DNA of 42,085 nt, taken from IMG/VR virus record IMGVR_UViG_3300037421_000080, positions 1-42,085 of that record. One strand, given 5' to 3'. The stretch comes from a virus. Taxonomy: Duplodnaviria; Heunggongvirae; Uroviricota; Caudoviricetes. The translations under genes and the position numbers were made by a program. Numbering within the stretch: the first letter of the stretch is position 1; every line of letters begins with the position of its first letter. The notes under the pieces were generated by a model. It searched no databases and had not been told where the DNA came from. It saw nothing but the letters and a program-made list of their open reading frames with translations. Below are positions 1 to 9,084 of the stretch, one piece after another.

Positions 1-7
1 CAATCCG

Positions 8-2149
8 ATGAGTATAAACGTCCCGCAGGATAAACTAAGCCGGGATCTCCCAGGCATCACCTGGGACCTCCTCCCTTCTCCCTGCAAGTACCGCACCGCC
101 GGCTGGCACTCCTGGACCAACGGCAGTGTCAAGAGCCCCTTCGCCTCTCTCTACACTAGCCTTGGTTGCGAATTCCGGTGTGCGTTCTGTATTTTGGAGG
201 GAACTAAAATAATTGTTAGTAATGGAATCAACAAGAAGATAGAGGACGTAACCAAGGACGACAAACTGGTAGCTTTTGATGTTGAAAAGGATGAATTGGT
301 GGAAACAGAGATCGTTGGATTTAGCTCAAGAAAAGTAGACACGATATATGAAATTGTCTTGGACGATGGGAAAGTGTTGAAACTAACTGGCGAGCACCCT
401 CTTTTTGTTGAAGGTGTGTGGACGGAGGCTAAACGTATTGGAATTGGGCAGAAGATCTTAGTGATGGATCCCAATGATAAAATAGGTCTTCAGAAGAAAT
501 TATACAACCCAATGAAGAATGCCGAAACTGCAAAGAAAGTCGGCAAGGCAATAAAACTTCTGTACAAGAAGGGACTTATGACCAGTCCTCTTTCTGAGCC
601 TGGATTTCAAGCAAAGTATAATTACAGCAAAAATCCAGAAACTAGAGCCAGGATCGTTAAGTTGATATCTGAACGGATGAAAGCCAATAATCCGATGAAA
701 CGCAAACGTGTTAGGGATAAAGTTGCTAAGACCACCAAGGAAAGAATTGCGAATGGGGAAATAGTTCCTTGGATGTGCACAAAAGAAGGGAAACGGGTCA
801 TTTCTGCTATTGCTAGAGAGAAGTGTTTGACTAACAATCCAATGCACAATTTGACTAAGGCCCAGAAGCGAAGATTAGCTCGTCTTCGGTCTGCTCGAAG
901 CCTAGAACTTTGGCAAGATTTGGAATTCTATGGAAAGCAGATGACAAGCGGCAACGCATGGCTATTGCCTAGAGAGAAAAGACATAACTGGTTGGGCGGA
1001 AAGTCGTTTGAGCCCTATTCGATGGAATTCAATAAAAAACTGAAGGCACTCATCAAAAAGAGAGATAAGTATAAATGTCAATTATGTGACAAAAGAAAGT
1101 GTGTTCTACACGTTCATCATATAGACTACGACAAATTTAATTGTGATCCTTGCAATTTGATAACTTTGTGCAACAGTTGTCACACTAAAACTAACTTCAA
1201 ACGGAAGAGTTGGGAAGCATACTTCAAAGGAGTTATGAAGGAGCGTGGTAGTTGTCCTCATTTTGTAGGGATCAAATCCATAAAAAAAATCAGGGGATCC
1301 TTCAAAGTTTACAACTTCCAATGTTCCCCCTACGACAACTTTTTTGCTGGATACATATTGACTCATAACTGTTGTATCTCGGCTCCGTTTGGCGGACCCA
1401 GCTTCCGCTATTGGGAGCCTTCCTTCATCATCAGGCAGTTTGATAAGCTGGCCGAGATGGGCGTCGTCAACGTCAAGATAGCCGACGAGATGTTCGTGCT
1501 CAAGGAAGCCCACTTCATGGAGGTCTGCAAGTTGCTGATCGAACGGAAGCACGGTTTCAACCTCTGGGCCTATTCCCGCGTGGATACTTGCAAGCCCCGC
1601 TATCTGGAGACTCTCAAGAAGGCCGGTGTCAACTGGCTCGGCCTTGGGATCGAGAGCCCTGATCAGATAGTAAGGAAGGACGTGGTGAAGGGGGGATATC
1701 AGGAGGTCAAGATAAGGGATGTGGTAAAGCAGATCCAGGACGCGGGTATCTGCGTGGGAGCTAACTACATCTTTGGGCTCCCGAAGGATACTCATGAGAC
1801 GATGAAGGCGACGCTGGACTTCGCTATGGATCTGAAATCTGAGTACGCCAACTTTTATTGTGTTCAGGGATACCCAGGGAGTGCTCTTTATAAAGAAGCG
1901 AAGGAAAAGGGCTGGAAACTGCCGGATCGCTATGCGGGCTATAGCCAGCACTCTTATTACACACAGAACCTCCCGAGCGAGAAGCTGACCGCCGCCGAGA
2001 TCCTAAAGTTCCGGGACGAGGCGTGGATGAGATACTTCACCGATCCGTCCTATCTGGAGATGCTGGAGAGAAAGTTCGGGAAGGCGACTCGCGAGGATGT
2101 GGAGGGGTCTACGAAGATCAAGCTCAAGAGACGACTGCTGGGAGATTGA
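8..2149 (+). CDS. B12-binding-type radical SAM enzyme containing an intein (probably 5'-truncated by the window edge)
   Basis: CxxxCxxC reads CEFRCAF-[intein]-C. The C-extein has IADEMF, WAYSRVD, GLGIES and GANYIFGLP, typical of class B radical SAM proteins. The frame is open back to the window edge. Confidence 0.85.
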   Translation: MSINVPQDKLSRDLPGITWDLLPSPCKYRTAGWHSWTNGSVKSPFASLYTSLGCEFRCAFCILEGTKIIVSNGINKKIEDVTKDDKLVAFDVEKDELVETEIVGFSSRKVDTIYEIVLDDGKVLKLTGEHPLFVEGVWTEAKRIGIGQKILVMDPNDKIGLQKKLYNPMKNAETAKKVGKAIKLLYKKGLMTSPLSEPGFQAKYNYSKNPETRARIVKLISERMKANNPMKRKRVRDKVAKTTKERIANGEIVPWMCTKEGKRVISAIAREKCLTNNPMHNLTKAQKRRLARLRSARSLELWQDLEFYGKQMTSGNAWLLPREKRHNWLGGKSFEPYSMEFNKKLKALIKKRDKYKCQLCDKRKCVLHVHHIDYDKFNCDPCNLITLCNSCHTKTNFKRKSWEAYFKGVMKERGSCPHFVGIKSIKKIRGSFKVYNFQCSPYDNFFAGYILTHNCCISAPFGGPSFRYWEPSFIIRQFDKLAEMGVVNVKIADEMFVLKEAHFMEVCKLLIERKHGFNLWAYSRVDTCKPRYLETLKKAGVNWLGLGIESPDQIVRKDVVKGGYQEVKIRDVVKQIQDAGICVGANYIFGLPKDTHETMKATLDFAMDLKSEYANFYCVQGYPGSALYKEAKEKGWKLPDRYAGYSQHSYYTQNLPSEKLTAAEILKFRDEAWMRYFTDPSYLEMLERKFGKATREDVEGSTKIKLKRRLLGD
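188..1369 (+). mobile_element. Intein (394 aa) with internal HNH endonuclease
   Basis: Starts CILEGTKI, has block B LTGEHP, ends VYNFQCSPYDNFFAGYILTHN followed by +1 Cys. Internal CQLC..LHVHHIDYDKFNCDPCNLITLCNSCHTKTN is an HNH motif. Visibly more AT-rich than the exteins. Confidence 0.92.
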
Positions 2150-2150
2150 A

Positions 2151-2687
2151 ATGAGAGCTGTCATTATCACTGACCAAGGTGTTCAAGACGAGGAGTATAT
2201 TTACCCGTACTATCGTCTGCAAGAGGCGGGGATTCAAACAATCTCAGCAACCAAGAACGGGAAGCCGTGCTGTGGCAAGTACGGCATTCCCGTCAATGTC
2301 GTGGCGTCTACTATGGATCTTAGCGTGGAGGAGTATGATATCGTTATCATTCCCGGCGGGTGGGAAGCCCCGGAGCGGGTGCGACAGGACGAATACGTAA
2401 TGACATTCTTGCGAAGCATGAACTCAATGGGCAAAATCATCGGTGCCATCTGCCACGGCCCCGCCGTCCTCATCTCCGCTGGGATTGTCAAAGGCAAGAC
2501 GATGACCTGTTATAAAGGCATGAAGGATGACCTGATGAATGCGGGGGCGATCTACGTGGATTCAAGCGTGGTGGTACACGGGAACATTGTTACGGCCCCG
2601 CACTATCGGAATTGCCCGGACTTCATGATGGCAGTCCTGGCGACATTCGAGGGTAGGAAGCATCTATCGGAGCTGGTGCTGGCATGA
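2151..2687 (+). CDS. DJ-1/PfpI family protein (type 1 glutamine amidotransferase-like)
   Basis: DEEYIYPYYRL, IIPGG and AICHGP motifs; ATG 2 nt after the previous stop. Confidence 0.9.
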   Translation: MRAVIITDQGVQDEEYIYPYYRLQEAGIQTISATKNGKPCCGKYGIPVNVVASTMDLSVEEYDIVIIPGGWEAPERVRQDEYVMTFLRSMNSMGKIIGAICHGPAVLISAGIVKGKTMTCYKGMKDDLMNAGAIYVDSSVVVHGNIVTAPHYRNCPDFMMAVLATFEGRKHLSELVLA

Positions 2688-3316
2688 AATCCGTCACAAT
2701 CCAAAAGCCCTGGGGCTCCGAGTATCTGCTCTACCAGAACGAGCATCTGGGGATATGGCACCTCAAAATCAATCCCGGTGCTCAGACTTCCTTTCATTGC
2801 CACCCCAACAAGAAGACGGGGTTCATGGTGATGGATGGGACGGCTATAGTGTCCTTTATGAATGGGACTCGCGTGTTGCACCCCGGCGAGAAGGTTATGA
2901 TCCATAAAGGGGTGTTTCATTCTACCGCAGCGTACAATGCGGCGAAGCCTGGCGCTGTTGGAGTGGAATTGCTGGAGGTGGAGTCCCCCAACGACAAGGA
3001 CGACATTGTGCGGCTGGAGGATATTTATGGACGTGTGGATAGCCCCTTCATTGACAACAAACAATTGGAAGAACAGCCAAGTTTGGGATTAGTCTCCAAG
3101 ATTGGCAAGTGTACCCTGACCTACTGGCATTACGATAAATACAAACAGGTTCAGAATAGGCATCCGTCCAACCTGCTGATCCTCGAAGGCACGATGAGTT
3201 ACAAGGGCCGGATCATCTCCACGCCGGGCGACGTGCTGGACGACGTATCCTTTGGTCGTTTGGCATCTAGGTTCGACTGCACCCCGATGGAGCTTCTGGA
3301 GATAAGAGTAGGTTAG
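2684..3316 (+). CDS. Cupin-domain protein (mannose-6-phosphate isomerase type II-like)
   Basis: KPWGSE, TSFHCHPNK, VFHST and LEVESP motifs; ATGA overlap with the upstream gene. Confidence 0.75.
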   Translation: MKSVTIQKPWGSEYLLYQNEHLGIWHLKINPGAQTSFHCHPNKKTGFMVMDGTAIVSFMNGTRVLHPGEKVMIHKGVFHSTAAYNAAKPGAVGVELLEVESPNDKDDIVRLEDIYGRVDSPFIDNKQLEEQPSLGLVSKIGKCTLTYWHYDKYKQVQNRHPSNLLILEGTMSYKGRIISTPGDVLDDVSFGRLASRFDCTPMELLEIRVG

Positions 3317-3332
3317 ATGTGGAATTAAGCGC

Positions 3333-3662
3333 ATGGGCCTTCAACCAAACTATGAACCGATGACCATTAAAGAGCTCATCAGGCACGATCGGTGCCGTCC
3401 ATTCATACATGGACGAATACTTAGTATTCAAGGCTTACTAGAGCATACGCTTAAAAGCTGGTCGAGCAATGGTCGTCTGTTCAAATGGATTGAATCTGAG
3501 TGCAAGTTCAATGCTTGGCATTGTTGGTCCACCAAGTTGTCTACTGATGTAATGCTTTTGTTTGGACACTCCCCGTTTCAGGATAATGCAGACTTCGGTG
3601 GATGCAACCAATATTTTTGGATTTCCGTGGATGCGTTCAGGAGCATCTTTAGAGAGATATAG
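3333..3662 (+). CDS. Hypothetical protein
   Basis: Fills the gap between co-oriented genes; no recognisable motif. Confidence 0.5.
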   Translation: MGLQPNYEPMTIKELIRHDRCRPFIHGRILSIQGLLEHTLKSWSSNGRLFKWIESECKFNAWHCWSTKLSTDVMLLFGHSPFQDNADFGGCNQYFWISVDAFRSIFREI

Positions 3663-3663
3663 T

Positions 3664-4512
3664 TTGAACGATGACCAACTGAGAAAGGTATTCGAGCTGA
3701 CCTGCCGATGTCGCTACTTCGAGCTGGGGGCAGCCCAGGCCATTCGCGACAAGCGGATCAAGATTCCTACCTACCTCTCTGTGGGGCAGGAGCACATAGC
3801 GGCTACGCTTGCTGTCGCCCTGGAGGGATGGCCTGTATTCGCCCAGCATCGCTGCCATTCCTACTTTCTTTCTTGGGGAGGATCTCCAGAGCTGTTAGCG
3901 AAGGAACTGCTGGGTCGGGGCGATGGGTGCAACGGCGGGATGGGAGGCTCAGCGTCCATCAGCATCCCCGGCCGCATGTTCGGTCACTCCGGCCTTCTGG
4001 GCGACCAAGTGCCTATCGGGGTCGGCTACGCCTTCGCTAGCGGGAAGCCGACTCTGGTCGTATGCGGAGATGCGGCTGTTGAGGAGGACTATGTGCTGGG
4101 GGCTCTGGGGTTCGCAGCGACTCACAAGGCTCCGGTGCTTATCGTGGTGGAGGACAACGGGCTCTCCATCCTGACGGACAAGAAGATGAGGCGGTCGTGG
4201 GACGTAGTTAGCGTGGCCGAGAGTTTTGGGATCGGTGCCGATGATTTGCCGGACGATCCAGAAATGATCTATGATGCAGTCGATTCCTTTAAGGATTACT
4301 TGCCTCAGTTGTTAAACATTTACACCCACCGTCATCTTTGGCATCAGGGGGCGGGGAAGGACAATGAGCCGCCCTACGATCGGCTGGAGGAGATGAGGAA
4401 GCAAACGCCTCCAGGATCTCTTTATTGGATAGAGCAACCTATTCAGGGCAAAATGAACAAACTATGGGGTCACTTGCTAACACAATCCGATCTACAACCC
4501 GCCAGCACTTGA
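3664..4512 (+). CDS. TPP-dependent dehydrogenase E1 alpha-like subunit
   Basis: TYLSVGQE, QHRCH, GMGGS and the TPP-binding GDAA...EDN motif; TTG start 2 nt after the previous stop. Confidence 0.85.
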   Translation: MNDDQLRKVFELTCRCRYFELGAAQAIRDKRIKIPTYLSVGQEHIAATLAVALEGWPVFAQHRCHSYFLSWGGSPELLAKELLGRGDGCNGGMGGSASISIPGRMFGHSGLLGDQVPIGVGYAFASGKPTLVVCGDAAVEEDYVLGALGFAATHKAPVLIVVEDNGLSILTDKKMRRSWDVVSVAESFGIGADDLPDDPEMIYDAVDSFKDYLPQLLNIYTHRHLWHQGAGKDNEPPYDRLEEMRKQTPPGSLYWIEQPIQGKMNKLWGHLLTQSDLQPAST

Positions 4513-5366
4513 TGTCTGGGGGTTCTCTCTACGCCCAGAACGTCACCGCCGTGGGTTGGGTGGGGAACACCGTCCCCAGCGACCTTCCAGGTAACAAAGG
4601 CATCGTGGAGCTGCCTACTTCCGACTGCTCTAACCCTGGCATCGTGGTGGGGGCAGCCCTTGCCGGCCAGCGTCCCATCTACATCATTCGCTACCAAGGC
4701 TTCCTCTGGTACAATCTAGCTACCTTGGTCAACTACGCCGCCAAGAGCAAGGAGATGTGGAAGACGCCATGCCCCATCTTCATCCGTGCTCTGGCGATGG
4801 AGGGCGGGATGGGGCCGGTTGCCGGGAACCTGCACCACTCGATGGCGATGCGGATGCCGGGAATCAAGGTGGCTGCCCCCATGACTCCGGGAGAGTGGAA
4901 GCAAGTGTGGGACGAGTTCATGGTGGGGGACGACCCGGTTCTTTGCAGCGAGAGCCGCCTGAGCTTTGGGATTGACTACGAGATGGGGGGTGAATATGTG
5001 CCAGGGGCCAAGGTGACGATTTTTGCTATTGGGACGGCTAGGTTGAGTACGGAGCGGAATTGCCATCTCGATGTGCCTTGCAACTTATTTGAAGTAGTAT
5101 GGCTAAAGCCCAGCAGGTTTCCGGATGGAGCTATTCGCTCGTTGAAAGGAAGCGAGTTCGGCGTCGTAGTGGATGGCGACTATGAGACCTGCGGGGCGTC
5201 CTGATCGTTGGCCTACGAGCTGATGCACCTGTCGGGCAAGCCGGTCTACGCCTTCGGGCTGGGGGGCCGGACGGCGGGGTTCTCGGAGGATATGGATAAC
5301 AAGACACCTTCTGCCAAAAGGATCGTGGAGTTCGTTCGCTCCTGCACGAAGGAAAACCATTTATGA
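4464..5366 (+). CDS. TPP-dependent dehydrogenase E1 beta / transketolase-C-like subunit with an in-frame TGA at 5202-5204
   Basis: ELPTSD, GAALAGQRPI, PGIKVAAP and VVVDGDYETCG motifs. The same frame continues for 53 codons past the TGA with plausible C-terminal sequence and ends in an ATGA overlap with the next gene. Confidence 0.8.
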
Positions 5367-6121
5367 GTTTGGCAATATTTATTTCCTATTGTGGGGACCA
5401 TCTGAAGGCCGTTGCCCCATACGGATTTGAAGCGGCATCCGGATCAACTCCAGGCAGTGCATATCTGCCAGCTTCTTTGCACGCCAGGATGCTGGAGGAC
5501 ACGGTAAAATATCTGTATACCGATTGCACTTGCACCTCCGTGAATGCCGCGACATTTATTTGTGCATCGAGGTTCCGGGGGTTTGATGTGGAGGATCCAG
5601 GAGAGAGAAAGCGCCTATGGGAAATATCCCGCTTTGCCAGGTTCGTCACGACTTCCAAAATGCTCAATCATACGGATGGGGCTTGCTGGGCAATTGGTAT
5701 GGCTATTGAGGCAGCATCAGAGCTAGGGTTTGAGCGCATGATCTTCACAGCGGAGGATGTCATTCTTCCCAGAGGACTTGTTGCAAAGGTGGCGGAGCAT
5801 TTACTGTCATCTGATTATTGCGGCACTATCTGGGGAAACTCCAAGGAGAATTTGAATGCTCAAGTTTTCGGCTGTCGGGTAGAGCCATTTGCAAAGCTGT
5901 TTCCTGCCTATAAGAATACCAGCCTAGCGCAGGATGACGAAGGGGTTCCTATAATCGACGTGGAAGTGTGCCTGCGAAGACTGGTCAGGGAGAACAGGCT
6001 GCGGGAGAGGCTGATGGATGCTCCGTGCTATATGCACACACACAACCCCCAGGACCACCACAGAATAATACGTCACCAGCTGGGGGCTGGGGCCTGCCAG
6101 TTGCTAAGGATTGAGGAATGA
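5363..6121 (+). CDS. Hypothetical protein, possibly GT-A-fold-like
   Basis: Coupled to both neighbours by ATGA overlaps; MIFTAEDVIL resembles a DxD-type strand. The function call is weak. Confidence 0.55.
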   Translation: MSLAIFISYCGDHLKAVAPYGFEAASGSTPGSAYLPASLHARMLEDTVKYLYTDCTCTSVNAATFICASRFRGFDVEDPGERKRLWEISRFARFVTTSKMLNHTDGACWAIGMAIEAASELGFERMIFTAEDVILPRGLVAKVAEHLLSSDYCGTIWGNSKENLNAQVFGCRVEPFAKLFPAYKNTSLAQDDEGVPIIDVEVCLRRLVRENRLRERLMDAPCYMHTHNPQDHHRIIRHQLGAGACQLLRIEE

Positions 6122-6810
6122 CTACCGCTGAGTACGTCGATCTGTTTAGGGATTGCCAGAAGGAGGATCTTCGCGAGCGGGACTATCTGCATCTCCTCCT
6201 CTCTCGCATGAGCTTCAACACATGGAGCAATGCTCATCCATCGGGGCAGGACGATCCCATTATAGAGGAGCATGGTCTATGCATGTCGCAGTACCCTTCC
6301 CAGTTTGCATCATATCTGCTCCATGTGCTTGGACTCGATCTTCCTATCAAGACTTACATCGAGTTGGGTGTGGATAAAGGAGGATCGTTCGTCGCCACGG
6401 TGGAGTTTTTCAGGCATTTTAACGGAGAGATACGAGCGACTGGAGTAGACCCATTAGGGATTCATCCGAACTTGGTGGAATATGGTCATCTACAGAGATT
6501 CACCTATGTTCAGCGATCCTCCACGGATCCAGAGTTCAAGAGATCCCTCTCGAATCAAAAGTTTGACCTATGCTTCATCGACGCTGTCCACGACTATGCG
6601 AGCGTATCCCACGACTTCGGTTTGATGGCCGACTATGCTCGAATCATTGCCTTCCACGATGTATGCGGCCCTGTGACCCCAGGCTCTTGCCAGCTGTGGT
6701 CTGAGATCAAGAGCAAATTCCCGATACGGTGCCATGAATGCGTTGAGCAATACTACTCGCACACCAAACGCTTTGGCATCGGTGTTTTTGTGAACGACTA
6801 TCGGCTGTGA
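6118..6810 (+). CDS. Class I SAM-dependent methyltransferase (Methyltransf_24-like)
   Basis: YIELGVDKGGS, GVDP, DLCFIDAVHDY and IAFHD motifs. Confidence 0.85.
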   Translation: MTTAEYVDLFRDCQKEDLRERDYLHLLLSRMSFNTWSNAHPSGQDDPIIEEHGLCMSQYPSQFASYLLHVLGLDLPIKTYIELGVDKGGSFVATVEFFRHFNGEIRATGVDPLGIHPNLVEYGHLQRFTYVQRSSTDPEFKRSLSNQKFDLCFIDAVHDYASVSHDFGLMADYARIIAFHDVCGPVTPGSCQLWSEIKSKFPIRCHECVEQYYSHTKRFGIGVFVNDYRL

Positions 6811-6823
6811 AAGGAGCCTCGGC

Positions 6824-8668
6824 ATGGTTGAGCTAGCCGTAGTCAAATCCCAGAAGCACTACAACCACGTCTACGAGGCGAACGAGGCGACGGACGAGAT
6901 TCTGTCTGCCCTGACCCGCAAGATCGAGAAGGTATTCGGCGGCCGTCCCTGCAAGCGGATCTTGATGGTCCAGTGCCCGCAGATCAAGCAGGAGATATTC
7001 CATTGGGAGAACGCACGCCTCCGCCGCTACCCCTGCTTCCCGCCCTACGGTCCCGGCCTCCTCGTCCGAGTGCTGGAGCAGAACGGATACATTGCCGATC
7101 TAATCAACCTAGACTACGAGGTGATCGACCATGCCCATCGGACCCCCTGCGAGTATTTCCAGTACGATGTCTGGAAGCCGATACTTTCCACCGCTATCCA
7201 AAGCTTCAAGCCGCATCTGATCGGTGTCAGTTGCATGTTCAACAACAGCCACTCCGGGCTCAAGGACGTGGTCTCTTTCGCAAAGACATGCTTCCCCAAC
7301 ATCCCCGTTGTGGCAGGGGGCGTTCACATATCCCTGACCACGGACCAGGTTCTGGAGGACATCCCCCAGCTCGACTTCGCCATGCTTTACGAGAGCGACC
7401 AGAGCTTCATCAACTTTCTCGATGTCGTGAATGGTAAGCGATGCCCCGAGGAGTTGGCTCAGATCGCCACGGTTGATGATGACAGGATTATCAAACTGAC
7501 CAAGCGCCTTCTACCAGAAGATCTCCCCTACTCGCCCGATTACAAGGAACTGCCGATAGCGAAGTACGCCTCCGTGGGCAAGATCGGGGCCTACACCTTC
7601 CTGCGGCCCGAGGGCACTCCTGCCGCTACAGTCCTCTCCGCTCGTGGCTGCCGCGCCAAGTGCAGCTTCTGCTCCGTCCGCAGTGTATACGGGCCGGGTG
7701 TCCGGGTGCGGGACTATGTCGAAGTAGTGGACGAGGTGGAGCGGCTCCACAAGGTCTACGGCATCAAGCACATCATGTGGCTAGACGATGACCTGTTCTA
7801 CAACGCCCGGCGGGCTGTGGAGATGTTCGAGGAGCTAGCCTCCAGGAAGTTGAGGATCACATGGGACGCTTCTAACGGCATCATCGCCGCTGCGTTGACG
7901 GAGAGGCTGCTGAAAGCGTGCGAGGATTCCGGGTGCATCGGATTCAATTTGGGTATCGAGTCGGGCAACCCCCAGATGCTTCTGGAGATGAAGAAGCCGG
8001 GTACGGTTGAGACGTTCCGGCGAGCGGCAAAGTTGCTGGAGAAGGCTCCGTCCATTTTTGTGAAGGGATTCCTCGTTATCGGCTTCCCCAACGAGACCCT
8101 CCAGATGATGCAGGATACGATCAATCTATGCCTGGAGCTGGGATTGGATTGGTATCCAATCCAGATTTTGACCCCCATGCCGGGGACGCCCGTGTTCCAA
8201 TTGATGCAGGACCAAGGCATTCTGGGAGACATCCCCACCACGGTGCTAGGGAAGGCACGTTCGTTCACGGTCGGGGCCACGGGCAGTCTCGGTATGCGGG
8301 AGCGGGCTGAGAAGGAGCAGGCCAGGGACTTCAAGAACATCTTCTCCGGCGACCTGTCCCGCATCCCGGATAGATCCGAAATGGAAGACATCTACTTCGC
8401 GATGGACCATGAGATCAACTACAAGTCGATCCTGACCACGACAGACAAGGCGAGGCTCATCAAGAAGCAGCTGATGCTTGAAGAGATCTGCAACAAGATG
8501 ACAAGAGAGAATGCCCTGGGCACGCTGTACTTGGCGGAGGCCGTGCGGAGGCTGGGACATAATAAAAGAGCGGATGAATTGAATCGCCTGGCGAAGCAGT
8601 ACCGAGATGAGTCCGCCTTCTGGCAGAAGCGGTTCGATGTCCTTGGATTGGATGGGTTGCTGAAATGA
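6824..8668 (+). CDS. B12-binding radical SAM enzyme
   Basis: N-terminal PPYGPGLL / PHLIGVSCMF / VVAGGVH cobalamin-binding-type region; SARGCRAKCSFC; DDDLF, LGIESG, GFLVIGFPNET. Confidence 0.9.
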   Translation: MVELAVVKSQKHYNHVYEANEATDEILSALTRKIEKVFGGRPCKRILMVQCPQIKQEIFHWENARLRRYPCFPPYGPGLLVRVLEQNGYIADLINLDYEVIDHAHRTPCEYFQYDVWKPILSTAIQSFKPHLIGVSCMFNNSHSGLKDVVSFAKTCFPNIPVVAGGVHISLTTDQVLEDIPQLDFAMLYESDQSFINFLDVVNGKRCPEELAQIATVDDDRIIKLTKRLLPEDLPYSPDYKELPIAKYASVGKIGAYTFLRPEGTPAATVLSARGCRAKCSFCSVRSVYGPGVRVRDYVEVVDEVERLHKVYGIKHIMWLDDDLFYNARRAVEMFEELASRKLRITWDASNGIIAAALTERLLKACEDSGCIGFNLGIESGNPQMLLEMKKPGTVETFRRAAKLLEKAPSIFVKGFLVIGFPNETLQMMQDTINLCLELGLDWYPIQILTPMPGTPVFQLMQDQGILGDIPTTVLGKARSFTVGATGSLGMRERAEKEQARDFKNIFSGDLSRIPDRSEMEDIYFAMDHEINYKSILTTTDKARLIKKQLMLEEICNKMTRENALGTLYLAEAVRRLGHNKRADELNRLAKQYRDESAFWQKRFDVLGLDGLLK

Positions 8669-9084
8669 AAAGACATTGCGACATCTGCGGTGGGGATATG
8701 GAAAGTCCTTGCTCCCATGTAGGTTGCGAGGAAGAACAGACTGTGACGTACTCCGAAGACCTACTCGAAGTTCAGATGCTGAGAGATGCTCTGGAGAAGC
8801 GAGACAAGGAAGCGAATGAGGAAGGGCTCAAGAACGTTGAGCTGATGAAGCAGCTCGCCGCTTTCAACTGGTCCCCGAAGACTCGCGGAGCTGTTGAAGC
8901 TGGCTCCATCGAGAGCGGCTTGATTGGTTGGCGGAATAGATGCCTCTCTGCTGAGGGCAAGCTGAAAGCTGTTCTGGAGGAGCTGGCTCTGGTGCGTGAG
9001 AAGGAGACATCTCACCGCTTGCTAGTGGAAGGTATCTTGGGCAGGAAACCAACGGAACAAGAACTGTTGGAAGGGAAAGTATGA
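8665..9084 (+). CDS. Hypothetical coiled-coil protein
   Basis: Overlap-coupled to both neighbours; N-terminal CxxC. Confidence 0.55.
   Translation: MKRHCDICGGDMESPCSHVGCEEEQTVTYSEDLLEVQMLRDALEKRDKEANEEGLKNVELMKQLAAFNWSPKTRGAVEAGSIESGLIGWRNRCLSAEGKLKAVLEELALVREKETSHRLLVEGILGRKPTEQELLEGKV

Noticed and set aside
5202-5204. Genome-wide TGA reassignment (genetic code 4 or 25)
   Set aside because: Many well-supported genes end in TGA with ATGA/GTGA overlaps to the next gene, so TGA is a normal stop here.
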